Positions 47,753-60,484 of a DNA stretch of 64,000 nt are shown here, one piece after another. The stretch covers positions 51,708,001 to 51,772,000 of the forward strand of contig OZ336884.1 in assembly GCA_965287045.1 (NCBI GenBank), in the 5' to 3' direction. The notes beneath the pieces are model-generated. The model searched no databases. It was given only the letters and a program-made list of their open reading frames with translations, and was not told the origin of the DNA. The translations under genes were made by a program, and so were the position numbers. The stretch is from Carcharhinus amblyrhynchos. Lineage: Eukaryota. The number at the start of each line of letters is the position of its first letter. Positions within the stretch are counted from its first letter, which is position 1.

Positions 47753-48819
47753 TGTTATGGTTCAGTTCAGAAACTCCAAAGTGCTTTACGGAGCCTGCCT
47801 GGATCATGGAGGCTGCCTCGCTAAATATTTTTAAGACACGGGTTGATGGGTTTTTGATAAGTGAGGGGATTAAGGGTTATGGGGAGAGGGTGGGAATGTG
47901 GAACTGAGCCACGACAGATCAGCCATGATCTTATTGAATGGCGGGGCAGGCTCGAAGGGCTAGATGGCCTACTCCTGCTCCTATTTCTTATGTTCTTATG
48001 TTCTTTTAAGTTTTGCATCTTGACTTTGGCTAGGAAAAGCATGAGATGTTTCACTTCAGGTATGATTCGAATGACCCCCTCGTGAGATTTTATCAAACAA
48101 AGTTTATTTAAAAATATAGTTAACATGTATGGCAAGAAAATTAGCAAGAACTCTCATCAATTACAAACAAGAAACAAAACAACTGTGATGTATAACCCTT
48201 AACAAATATATCTACTGTGTTCCAATCAAACCAATCCCATAGACCAAAAGATCTTTTTCACAGGTTTAACACAGCAAAGGCTAATGCTCTATGATACTGG
48301 ACTTAAGTCCTTTGGATGAAGTCTGCTGTTCTCTGGAGAGATTCAGAACAGTTTGAAGTTAGAACAGTTTCCCAAAACACCAGGGGCTCTAGGCAGTCAC
48401 CAACAGCAGATTCCCCCTTTAGAAAGGCAAAACCTTGCTTTCAGCTAACCAGTAGAATTTCTAAAACCAGGAACAGCGAAATAGGGAGAGAGAGAGACAG
48501 AGAGAGAGACTCCTTTTCTGATTGCTTTCCCTTCTAAAACTTAACTCTAATTGCAGCCAAACAGAAAATGAAACTTTAAACTCGCTGGAAAGGAAAACAA
48601 AACTGTCTAAAAACATATGACCATCCTCCTAACAATGCAGGATCATAAAATAACTCAAAGTTAAAATAAATAGACCCCATTTTAGCTAGTGAAGTAGTAA
48701 TAAAAGAACTCCTCACAGACAACATGGCAGCAATGAAATGAAACTGAAAACAGTTTGCTTACAACTGCAGAGAACAGGATTAAAAAAAAACTCTCTTAAA
48801 GATACACTAATATATTATA
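47753..48819 (-). mobile_element. Solo LTR interrupted by a CR1 tail
   Basis: Inverted homologue of 23345-24717; ends ..accataaCA on the minus strand. Confidence 0.65.
47807..48005 (+). mobile_element. Young CR1 subfamily A, 200-bp 3' end
   Basis: Near identical to 24043-24241; (TTCTTATG)n tail. Confidence 0.92.
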
Positions 48820-49559
48820 CTGAATCAGAACTCTCCTGGTTCTAATATCCTTTAAAATTGAAGTCTTGCATCCAAGAACTCTCTCTCTCATCCATCTCGG
48901 CTGAGCTATGCCTAGAAGTCCAATTCATTGTGAGGAGTCCTTCAGTTAACATGAGGTTTAAACTCTTTTAGCCAACATACACAATTTCAACTGATTCCTG
49001 GTTGAAATAGATGCTTGCTGCAAATATCGTCTAAAACCAAAAATTGAAATCATTCCTGAAACAGCATCACACCCAGAATCTACTCACCCCTATGATTGCC
49101 TTTATGTCGCCCCTTTATTACTCTACTGTTAATTTCTCAAGTAACTTGTTCACCTGATCAGTTCCTTGATGCAAGTGCCTGTTTACTGTTAATCAAAGAA
49201 ACCATGTTCTTAAAGGAACCATCACCCCAGCATGAAAAATATTTTTCTTTTTGAAAAGAATATGGCCCATTATAATGTGGTCAAACAGAGAGATTGCGGC
49301 ATTAATGCTTCATAACATAAAGTGGGACATTAATGCACCATTATGTCAAATGAGGTTCCTATACAATGCAATTCCTATACAGGCAGCTCCATGGACATTA
49401 GAGGGCTCTCAGGGTCCAGGCCCTCCAGAGGACGATTGTCAAGGGCATTACAGGCTGCGGGGCATGGTAGACAGCTGGCCACCTCCACCTCCGATGTACA
49501 TCCTGGGGCAACACCAAGACATAGTGCCTCCACAACTTCTTAACTTTAGGTGGCCTACC

Positions 49560-50289
49560 AATAAGTGATAATATGAAAACTTGTGAACATGAGACTTAAA
49601 GTTTCTAAATATTCTATCTACTCAGTGTTGCCCTTCACCAATGCCATCTTAGTGCCACTACAACTTCTTAACTTTAGGTGGCCTAACACTAAAATGGCAT
49701 GGGTAAAGGGCACTGGGTAGATATTTTGGCCTTGGAGGGAGTGCAGAGGAGGTTTACTAGGCTGATGCCGGAGTTGAGGGGGTTGAGCTATGAGAGGCTG
49801 AATAGATTAGGCTTGTACTCGTTAGAGTTTAGAAGAATGAGGGGAGATCTCATTGAGACGTATAAGATGATGAATGGGATGGATAGGATAGAGGTGGAGA
49901 GACTCTTCCTGCTCAGAAAAGATAGTAGGACTATGGGGCATAGCCTCAAGATAAAGGGGTGCGGTTTAGAACAGAGTTGAGGAGGAACTTCTTCACTCAA
50001 AGGGTGGTGAATCTCTGGAATTCTCTGCCCGTTGAAGTGGTGGAGGCTGCCTCGCTAAATATTTTTAAGATGCGGGTTGATGGGTTTTTGATGAGAGAGG
50101 AGATTAAGGGTTATGGGGAGAGGGCGGGAATGTGGAACTGAGCCACGACAGATCAGCCATGATCTTATTGAATGGTGGGGCAGGCTCGAAGGGCTAGTTG
50201 GCCTACTCCTGCTCCTATTTCTTATGTTCTTATGTAATATTTAGAAGCATTAAGTCTCACGTTCACAAGTTTTAATATTATCACTTATT
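49560..50289. repeat. Imperfect palindrome (about 95-bp arms) with the right arm split by a CR1
   Basis: 49560-49654 is the reverse complement of 49687-49722 plus 50236-50289. Confidence 0.75.
49720..50235 (+). mobile_element. Young CR1 subfamily A 3' fragment
   Basis: DILALEGVQRRFTRLMPELRGLSYERL..., with a frameshift in the G-run near 49957; (TTCTTATG)n tail. Confidence 0.95.
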
Positions 50290-52136
50290 TTGAAGGCATT
50301 TTTATTGGCACCAATAAATATTATTTCACCCGCCACCTATGACTAATTTGCCTCTAACAGCAACGTACTTACCTCGACAGTTGCCGGAGGACCTTGCACA
50401 TTGATGCCAGTGGGGGAAGCCCGTCAATGCACTGCTACTGAGAAAATCAAAGCACTCAAATAATTCACTGGCTACAGTGGGTTGCATACATTGGCAGTGA
50501 CTTACAACATCTCCATTGCATCCCCAGAACCCAGTTGTGGCTACAGATAGTGTTGTTTGACAAGTCCTGGGGCCGCAGCACTGCCGCTTCAGAGAGTTTC
50601 TAGCCCATGCTCACCAGCAACAGTGCTTGATGCTGCATGCACTAGGACCTAGAGTCAATGCTAAGACCCGAGGTCAGCACTTGCACCCCCCACTCCCCCA
50701 ACCACGGCTGCCATGAAGCAACCTTTCCTAAGCAGCATGGAACAGTTTGAAAGCTGAAACTTACCTCTTCCCTCATTTCTCAAGTACCTGAACGCGACTT
50801 TTATACTCAAGATGTTTTCCTGATCAATCCAGCTGCAGTGAACGCAGCTGTTAAGGTAAGTGAGTCTCCATTTAATGCAAAGGCAATTTGAGTGAGTTTG
50901 ATGGTTGATATTTTAATCCTTAAATGCTTGATGATTTTGAGTAAGTGCAACAAGACAGTCATGATCCAACCTCCTGATTGTTAACATTAAGCAGCTTTGC
51001 ACAGGCAAAATAAACAACTTACAAAATAAGCCTACCTGTGCACAGACCTGTGACTCTTTCTTATACTATGTAGAGGAATTTGCCATCATCTTCAACATAG
51101 ACTGGAATGGCTTCAATGGCAGTTCTCACAATGTTTATCATTTTATGATTTTATGTCTTATTCAAAATCAGATTCCTCTTAAATAGTAATATTTATGGTG
51201 TGGCTAGTCAGGGCAAAATTAAGATCAATATTTTTGATTAATCAGTTCAAGGCATTTTCAATGAATAACTCAGTTGCTTTCCTGAAGCGAAAGGCTTTTT
51301 ACTGATTATCACTGATGTATTGTGCTATACGGGCTAACCTTCTGCCATGAACTATTAAAAAGATTCCATTAGGAATAGCACTCCAAGATGAAGACGGTAA
51401 GATGGAAATGGTCTGTCCCATCACCAGAAACTACATGACTTGTTGTGACTGAAAGTTCCTTGTATGGAGTGCAAGGATTATTGTCACATAAGCAATCTTC
51501 AGAAACAATAATTTCTTCCAGTGGCTAAAATAGCAAATTACTTGAAATTACAGTCACTTACTTAATTGTTTTTGCTTGGATTTGTACAAAGCAATATTTT
51601 GCTATTAGTGAATAATAAATCCTCAGCATGATAATTATAAGGTAAGAGCTAATAGAGACTTTTACATGGTTGGTGCAGCTTGGACTGTGGCACCCTGGAG
51701 AACACATGAGACAACGACACAGCATAAGATGTTTAAAATAAAGTCAGACACTTTACCTCTGTTATTCATGAAATTAGTTTTCCTTTATTTTTCATGATTA
51801 GGTAGCTTTTTTCTTTAGCTTCCACCACTCTTTTATCCTGACCTGTCCACACTCTGGAGAAAGTGACCAGCAAATGCCAATAGTACCAACTTACCCAACC
51901 TTTTTGCATGAGGGGCCACATTTTAATATTTTTTCTCACTCAAGGAGCTGATGACCAAATTTCAGAAAGGTAAGGTTTGGCATCACATTTAATGTGAATT
52001 TCAAATAAAAAAGTTGAGTTGTGAAGAAAGGAAGCATTTGCTGAGTAAAAATAATACAATGTCAAAGCATTAAACTGGTCATTTAAAAAAAAGAATAATT
52101 TATAAAGATAACCAATAAAGTATGAGAGCATAAGTA

Positions 52137-52139
<3 letters not shown>

Positions 52140-52189
<50 letters not shown>
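52140..52189 (+). repeat. (GT)25 microsatellite
   Basis: Seen directly. Confidence 0.95.
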
Positions 52190-52191
<2 letters not shown>

Positions 52192-52299
52192 TTGGCTCAC
52201 ATCCAATCTCAGGGCACTCATTCACTCACACAACCATTGTGTGCAGTGTTTGAGGATGGGGTGAAGGTGAGAGGGAACAAACATGAATGAATGCACGCG

Positions 52300-52644
52300 C
52301 GCACACATAGTCTGACTCTCTCCTGCACTTCCATATTCATTCTCTCTCCCACACTCTCTTTCTCCCACCCAGTCTCTTTCCCCACACTCACTCACCAACT
52401 CTCTCTCTCCCACACTCACTCACCCACTCTTTTTTTCCCCCACATTCGCTCTCTCTCACACTGTCTCCCACATTCACACTCTGGCTGGAATTTTACCAGC
52501 CCACATGCCATGGGAATCAGAGTAGGTGAGGGGTGGACAATGGAAAGGCTTTTTGATTTTGGGTGGGATTTTACGGTTTCAGGATGAGCAAGGTCATAAA
52601 ATTCCCCCTGCTTCTCCCTCGCCCGCGCTCTCCCCCCGCTTCTC
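52300..52644 (+). repeat. CT/CA-rich low-complexity tract, continuing at 54731-54995
   Basis: ctca and ctct repeats on both sides of the CR1 insertion. Confidence 0.75.
52482..52607. mobile_element. Short MITE (about 125 bp); second copy at 59961-60064
   Basis: TIR-like ends ggctggaattttac / ataaaattcccc; interior ccatgggaatcagagt..ggattttacggttt is shared by both copies. Confidence 0.6.
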
Positions 52645-54730
52645 AGTACAGAAGGAAGGTGGCGGATATTCAAGGAATGTTTGACTGGAGCTCTGCACGA
52701 TAACGTTCCGATGAGACAAGGAGGTTTTGGTAAGGCACGGGAACCATGGTGCACGAAGGTTGTGGTGAACCTGGTCAGGAAGAAAAGAAAGGTGTATAAA
52801 AGGTTCACAGAACTAGGAGATGTTAAGGATCTAGAGGAGTATAAGGCTTGTAGAAAGGAGCTTAAAAAGGAAATTAGGAGAGCCAGAAGGGGTCATGAGA
52901 AGGCCTTGGCAGGTAAGATTAAGGAGAATCCCAAGGCCTTCTACAAATATGTGAAGAGTAAAAGGATGAGAAGTGAAAGGATAGGACCTATAAAAGGTGA
53001 AGGGGGAAAAGTCTGTGTGGAACCGGAAGAAATGGCAGAGGTGCTTAATGAGTACTTTGCCTCAGTATTCACGGTGGAAAGTGATCTGGGAGGTTGTACT
53101 ACAGGTTTGCAGCAGACTGAAAAGATTGAGTATGTGGATGTTAAGGAAGACGATGTGTTAGAACTTTTAAACTCTATCAAGATAGATAAGTCGCCGGGAC
53201 CAGATGGGATGTACCCCAGGTTACTGTGGGAGGTGAGGGAGGTGATTGCAGAGCCCCTGGCGATGATCTTTGCGTCGTTGATGGAGACGGGAGGGGTTCC
53301 GGAGGATTGCGGATGTGGTTCCTATTTTCAAGAAAGGGAACAGGGATAGCCCGGGAAATTACCGACCGGTGAGTCTGACCTCAGTGGTTGGTAAGTTGAC
53401 GGAGAGGCTTCTGAGGGACAAGATTTATGAGCATTTGGAGAAGTTTAGAATGATCAGAAGTAGTCAACATGGTTTTGTCAAGGGCAGGTCGTGCCTTACG
53501 AGCCTAGTTGAGTTCTTTGAGAATGTGACTGAACACATTGACGAAGGAAGAGCGGTAGACGTGGTTTACATGGACTTCAGCAAGGTGTTTGATAAGGTCC
53601 CCCGTTCAAGACTTCTTGAGAAGGTGAGAGGGCATGGGATCCAGGGGGCTTTGGCCTTGTGGATCCAGAACTGGCTTGCCTGCAGAAGGCAGAGAGTGGT
53701 TGTGGATGGGTCTTTTTCTGCATGGAGGTCGGTCACCAGTGGAGTGCCTCAGGGATCTATTCTAGGACCCTTGCTGTTTGTCATTTTCATAAATGACCTG
53801 GATGAGGAAGTGGAGGGATGGGTTAGTAAGTTCGCCGACGATACAAAGGTTGGTGGTGTTGTGGATGGTCTGGAGGGATGTCAGAAGTTGCAGCGGGACG
53901 TAGATAGGATGCAAGACTGGGCAGAGAAGTGGCAGATGGACTTCAACGCAGATAAACGTGTAGTGGTCCACTTTGGCAGGACCAACGGGATGAAGGAATA
54001 CAATATCAAGGGTAGGAGTCTTAGCTGTGTTGAAGAGCAGAAGAATCTTGGGGTCCGGGTCCATAGGACTCTTAAATCAGCCTCGCAGGTGGAGGATGTG
54101 GTCAAGAAGGCGTATGGTGTACTGGCCTTCATTAATCGAGGGACTGAGTTTAGGAGTTGGGAGGTAATGCTGCAACTTTATAAGACCCTTGTCGGACCTC
54201 ACTTGGAGTACTGTGCGCAGTTCTGGTCGCCTCACTATAGGAAGGATGTGGAAGCTATTGAGAGGGTGCAGAGGAGATCTACAAGGATGTTGCCTGGATT
54301 GGGAGGCATGCCTTATGAAGATAGGTTGAGGGAGCTGGGACTCTTCTCCCTGGAGAGACAAAGGTTGAGAGGCGACCTGATAGAGGTTTATAAGATGTTG
54401 AGAGGAATAGATAGGGTGGATGCTCAGAGGCTATTTCCCCAGGCTGAAATGGTCACTACGAGAGGACACAGATTTAAGGTGCAGGGAAGCAAGTACAGAG
54501 GAGATGTCAGGGGTAAGTTTTTCACTCAGAGGGTGGTGAGTGAATGGAATCGGCTGCCGTCGGTGGTGGTGGAGGCGAACTCGCTGGGGTCTTTTAAAAG
54601 ACTTCTGGATGAGTATATGGGATCTAATGGGATTGGGGGTTATAGATAGATCTATGGTTTAGTAGGTATAGAAGTGATCGGCGCAACTTGTGGGCCGAAG
54701 GGCCTGTTTGTGCTGTAGTGTTCTATGTTC
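52645..54730 (+). mobile_element. Young CR1 LINE, HER1-like subfamily B, 2.1 kb, 5'-truncated, full RT domain
   Basis: ORFs 52681-53349 and 53315-54649 (NPKAFYKYV, KSPGPDG, NYRPVSLTS, QHGF, MDFSKVFDKV, GVPQGSILGP, FADD, LEYCAQFW). Tail gggccgaagggcctg..ttctatgttct resembles the HE1 tail. Confidence 0.96.
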
Positions 54731-55944
54731 TCCCTCGCCTGCGCTCTCCCCATCTCTCCCTCACAAGCTCACTCACTCTCTCTCCCTCCCTCACACACTC
54801 ACTCAGTCTCTGTCCTCGCACTCACTCACTCTTCCTCCCGCACTCACTCACTCTCCCTTGCACGCTCATTCACTCTCACTCACTCCCCCTGCCTGTCTCT
54901 CCCTCCCTTGCACGCTCGCTGCCTCTTTCCCTCGCATACTCACTCACTCTCTCTCCCCCTCGCACATGCACTCCCTCCCTTATCCCTCTCACACTTCGGT
55001 GTGTGTGCAGCCAATTGGACACCTGTGTTGGTACATTCACTGACACCTTAAATGCTATTTAAGCGGTCAGCTCTCATATCACTAAGAACTACGAGTTGCA
55101 AAAACAATCACTTCATTTGGCTAGGAAGTGGCATCCGGGGCACAGTGTGTTGGAAATTATTTTTTCTTCTTGTAAATTAAGTAGCCAATATGTGCAAAAA
55201 ACTTTGCCATAATGGACTGTCTGTTGTAAGTGGCTTTATTATATGTAGCTTGTCTTGCACTGATATAGGAAAATCAATAGTTACAGCCAGTAAATACTAT
55301 AGTAGTGAAAACCCTGGTGTCAGAAATACAATATTAATTTAGTAGCCACAGTCTGGTTAGATTCTAACATTTCCTGCCCAGCTCGATCCTGTATTCAGTC
55401 AATGAAATCACCATATCAAAGTTTCTATCCTTAATCTAATAACAACAAGTGACAATTCTAGATGTCTGAAGCTACAAGATTGGATTTTATCATATCATGT
55501 TTAACATGGACTGTTTTACCAGAATTGAAGTGTTTTCTGCTTTAATGAGAATTTGGCCTTTGATGGATTTACATTTCAAACTGAATGTCTACAAATACCA
55601 TTTACACATTTTAGGGACAAAGGCAACTTAGGCAGGACATGCCCAAAACCTGATCTCTGAGCCCACAGTTTCCAGCAATGGTCCTCCCCTCTAAGTCGGT
55701 ACACACAGGCTGAGGTACAGGTAATAGGAAGTGCCTGGGCTGAAGCTGACAGCAAGATGTTGGTTTGGCTCTCATTTCAGTGTTGCAATATAACTTTTTT
55801 TCACCTGTCCATTAATGCAAATCTTTGTAATAGATCTTCCCCACTGTTAGCCTTACTCTCTGGCCAACTGTAACCAAATTTAAGTGAAGTCACGATCAAC
55901 AAACTTATTCTTTGAAGAAACCGTACTTACTATTTAATAAAGTT

Positions 55945-56960
55945 CACACTATTTAATAAAGTTCACATCAAGGGTTATTGTGGAAAATGAAAGCTCATAG
56001 TATGGGGGTAACATATTGGCACGGATGGAAGATTGGCTGGCTAACAGGAAGCAAAGAATAGGCATGTAATGAGTAGCATGCTGCAGGGATCAGTGCTGTG
56101 ATCTCAACTGTTTAAAATTTATATAACTGACTTGAATGAAGAGATCATTGCCAAATTTGTTGATGAAACACAGATACGTAGGAAAGTAAGTTGTGAAGAT
56201 GACATAAGGAGGCTACAGAAGGATATAGTTAGGGTAAAACGAATGTACAAAGATCTGGCAAATGGAATATGATATGGAAAATATGAAACTGTCCATTTTG
56301 GCCAGAAGAATAACAAAAAGCAATGCATTATCTTAATGGTGAGAGATGGCAGAGCTCTTGAAGTGCAGAAGGATCTGGGTGTCCTAGTAGATGAATCACA
56401 AAAGGCTCGTAAGCAGGTGCCGCAAGTAATTAGGAAAGCTAATGGTATTTATTATTTATTGCAAGGATAATTAAATACAAAAGTAGAGAAATTATGCTAC
56501 AGTTCATGGCACTAGTGAGCCACTAGTCTGGAGTAATGTGCATAGTACTGGTCACCTTATTTAAGGAAGGCTGTAAATGTGTTGGAAGCAGATCAGAGAA
56601 GGCTTGCCAGATTAATACCTGGATGTAGTGGGTTATCTTTAAGGAAAGGTTGGACAGGCTAACTAGTCTAAAACTGGGGGTCACTGTCTAATAATAAGGG
56701 ATGGCCCATTTAAAATGGAAATGAGAATTTTGTTTCACTCAGAAGGTCATGAGTCTGGCACTCTGTTCCTGAAAAGGTTGTGGAAATACAGTTTTTGAAT
56801 TTTTTAAAGCAGAGATGGATAAATTCTTGGCAAGTAAGGGGGTGATGAACTACTGGGAGAAGGCGGAACGTAGATTTGAAGTTATTATCAGATGTGCCAC
56901 AGTCATATTATATGGTGGAGCAGGTTCAAGAGGCTGAATGGTTTATTCCTGCTCCATGTT
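55945..56960 (+). mobile_element. Old CR1 RT and 3' remnant
   Basis: WMEDWLANRKQRI, QGSVL, IAKFVDETQI, QKDLGV remnants plus 3'UTR. Confidence 0.8.
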
Positions 56961-58344
56961 TGAATATTTACCTAAAAACAAACCAATATGAAATAGCACA
57001 TGAGGCTCCAGGAATAAGAAGTACAGATTTGATACTTCAATTTTTCAATTCAGAGATGGGTTTGTGAGAAGGTATCCAATAGTACAAAGGAACAGGAGCA
57101 GATCATTCAGCCCTTCAAGCCATTCCACCATTTAATTAGATCACGGCTAATATGAACCTCAACTTCTACCCATCTTGTCTTACAAATGTGTAGAATTTGC
57201 ACATTTCCCTACAGAAATGGAAAAAGTATTACAGGGGGTTCTGCCCAAATTCCGCAGCAATTCTGGCTGAGGTTAAATTAACCTACCAGAAAATGGCAGG
57301 GTTCACCTTAATGGTGCCTTGGCTAGTTCTGCCATGTTTAAAAGGGATAGATTCTATTCCTTCCCTTTACATGGCATATACTGCTGGGTAACGCGGTGTG
57401 GGTGATAATCTCCCTACGCCGAATGCTCCTGCCTCTGTGTTTCATTTCACACCCAGGATTGCTGTTGTGACCTACATGTCGAGCAAGTTTTTGCGCACTG
57501 TCCTCCAGATGGGTGACGGACTAAGGTCCAGGCCAGACAGGCAGCCTGGATCCCAAGGGAAAAAAACAATTTAATAAAAAAAAAACCTAGATCACCCTGC
57601 TTATACAGGACACCAAGGATGTGGGCTGCAGGTGTAGTGGTAGAGGACACCAGTGATCATTACCAACAAGACTCCATCTCAGGTATATTTGCAGCCTTAA
57701 TTTTAATACTGAAATTCTATTATAAAGTTAGAAGCTGCTAAGGATAACATTTTGCTTAAAATACAAATTGAATCGTTTCATATTAGTTGAGAATGTCACG
57801 TGGTGCTTGACAATAAATGGAAGTGCAGCACCAGACAGTTAGTTATTCAGAACAAGTCAACACTGTTAATTAGAATCTTCTCTGCTCCAGGACAATCACT
57901 TAACAGGAACTAATTTAATAGGAAAAAATACAAGTGTCTTCAAATATATGCAGCGCTCAGTAAACAATCATCAAATTTAAATCTTAACAAAAGAAAGCCC
58001 TGGAGTGCCCTTCCATTACTGATATAGTTCTGTAATTCAAGTGAGCTAGAATGTTCCAAACTGTGGAAATAGTACAGTCTATTCTCAAAATGTTTGCTTG
58101 CTTGTCTTCCTGTGTTCTAGCTTCCTCACGGTTCATAATTTTGCTGCTCTCTTTCAACTGAGTCACGTTTCCCATTGCTGCTCTCTCCCTTTCCTGTATT
58201 CCTGCTCCAATCGTTTTCATGATTAGAGAATTCTCTGATCAATTCCACCATTGATTTTCCTCTTTTACGTATTCTTTCTGCCACTATTACTTTTTCTTTT
58301 TTCTGATTTCTGCTGCCATTTTATTCCTCACCAAAGTCATAATT

Positions 58345-58466
58345 CAGTAAGAAGTCCCAGGACATCAGGTTAAAGTCCAACAGGTTTATCACGAGCTTTC
58401 AAAGTGCTTCATCCAGTGAGTGGGTCATGATTCCAAATAACTCCAATGCCAACATCTCCACATCAA
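58345..58466. mobile_element. Short decayed Penelope pLTR fragment
   Basis: cagtaagaagtc..aggttaaagtccaacaggtttat..agctttc and ccaatgccaacatctccacatca, as in the other copies. Confidence 0.6.
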
Positions 58467-59769
58467 ATCTAAATTCCTATGGGTTGCGCTCGCTCCCTTT
58501 CAACTCTCACAGTTGCTCCCTCCTTCCTGAGTCCAAGTTCCCACTTTCCTGAGCCCCAGTTCCAACTGCTGCCCCCTTTATTGAATTCCAGCTGCTATTA
58601 CCACCTTCTATCCTCAGAATTGGCTTTTTTTTTCACCCTTTGCTTTCATTAATTATCCCCCTACCTCTCAGAGTCCAAGCTGCCGTAACTTTTTTCTGTG
58701 TAGTAAGTCTGAGGTCCAGGTCACATGACAGACTGATGCCCAGGTGCAATGTATTTCTCTTGCAATGGTAACCTAGGGTGATTTTAAATCACACAATCTA
58801 CCATTCTTCATCAATCTTTCTAGCTGCCATTGTGCTCTTTATTTCAAAGATTCTCAGTCTTCTGGAGATTTAATTAATTATTCCATCTTCTCCTGTCCAG
58901 CATAAAATTGAGACTAATGATAAATTTACTCTGGATCTTTGCTCTGATGTATTATGGAAGGAATGAATCTCTCAGCAAGAGTTTGAATTTCTTTCATGAG
59001 AAATTTTAAAAATATGTATATATTTTAACTTGCCTTCCCTCTACTCCCACCAGAAATACCATACTGGTGCTGGTGGGTCGGTGAAAAGGAGTTTGGAAAT
59101 AATTTTACTTAAAACATTCCCAATGACAGTGAGGAGCTAGGGGTTTAGCCTAATTTCTTGTTCATTATTACAGGATATTTTTAAAAACACAGTTAAAATG
59201 AATGCTAGTGATGTTATTTTAAACAGGCTAAAACCTCCATTAAAATTGCAGAGGAATTTGAAATAAATATTCATTATCTGTACAGTACCATCACCAGCAG
59301 TTATTTTAAGATTTATCTCTATTACATTTCATACAGAGAGATACAAGCATTGGGAGACTTGTGTATGGGAGGAAACTTGGACACTTGGAATAAAAAGCAG
59401 AGAGCTAGTGGAAGAAACGAAGGATGAAGGTCACAAAAAAAAATTCTAGGGCCCATGGATTTCTCACGGTTCAAAGACAAAGAACTACCTCTTGTAACAA
59501 AATCTACTGTACAGATTAATTTGATTTGAGAGCAATATATTTCCATACATCACATTATTTGTACTGTGCACTTACTGACCTTATTTCAACAGACTATAGT
59601 AGTTTCAACATTATATTACATCAAGTCCAATCACCAGACTATTCTCTGTAGGACCACTGCCATCTTTTAAGTTCATTTATTTTATGTAGTGTGTGTTTAG
59701 GACCTGGAATGGACTGCCTGAGATGTGTTGTAGACAGATGCAACGGTGGCTTTCAAAAAAGGAATTGGA

Positions 59770-59960
59770 CTCAACAACAGCTTCTTCCCTACTGCCTTCA
59801 GACTTCTGAATGAACATATATTAAGTTGGTCTTTCGCTACACCCTAGCTATGACTGTAACACTACATTCTGCATCCTTTCCTTTCCTTCTCCCCTAGATA
59901 CTCAATGAACGGTATGCTTTGTCTGTAATAGCATGCAAGAAACAATACTTTCCACTGTGT
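59770..59960 (+). mobile_element. Rex1/Babar-like LINE 3' fragment
   Basis: Reverse complement of 9150-9340. Confidence 0.7.
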
Positions 59961-60214
59961 ACCATGGGAATCAGAGTGGGGTGAGGGGCAGAGCATGGAA
60001 AGGTCCATCAGCCTTGGGTAGGATTTTACGGTTTTGGGACAAAAGCAGGCTTAAATTCTTGCCCAATATCTTCATGAAAAGTATTATATTTGGGAGAGAA
60101 CAATGACTTCAACTGATAGCTGAAAGATGTGGAACAAGATCAGAGAAGCAACAAATGCCAGAGGAGTAGGGACAAGGTATGATCTGGTGATAAGATCTGA
60201 ATCTGTGACAAAGA

Positions 60215-60440
60215 TAAATTTTTGCTCCTCATCCTTCTCGGCCTGTCTGCAGCCTTTGAAATGGTTGACCACACTGTCCCCCTCCAATCCCTCTCCACTG
60301 TTGTTCAGCTGGAAGAGACTGCTTTAACCCGGTCTCATCCTTACGTTTCTACTATTGTAAGGGAATCATTTCAGTGGTTTCTCTTCCTGTTTGCCTTCAC
60401 CTTCTTCAAAGACCTCTCTTTTGTCCCCCTCCTCACAGCT
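60215..60440 (+). mobile_element. L2 LINE RT fragment
   Basis: LLILLGLSAAFEMVDHTVPLQSLSTVVQL (L2 LLDLSAAFDTVDH). Confidence 0.75.
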
Positions 60441-60484
60441 GGCTATAAAAGATCCCATTGCGTTATTTGGAAAAAGAGTAATTA

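Noticed and set aside
50765-50776. Dp71 first exon (ATGAGGGAA.., MREQLKG)
   Set aside because: Only three codons match, the phase differs, and Dp71 starts in intron 62, far downstream.
51940-55062. HTHTHT and Ser/Leu/His-rich ORFs
   Set aside because: Translations of the (GT)n and CT-rich tracts.
55929-55966. Perfect 19-bp tandem repeat, and short repeats at 10885-10925 and 21511-21543, as array-like structures
   Set aside because: Two or three copies without unique spacers in vertebrate intronic DNA; local duplications, not CRISPR-like.
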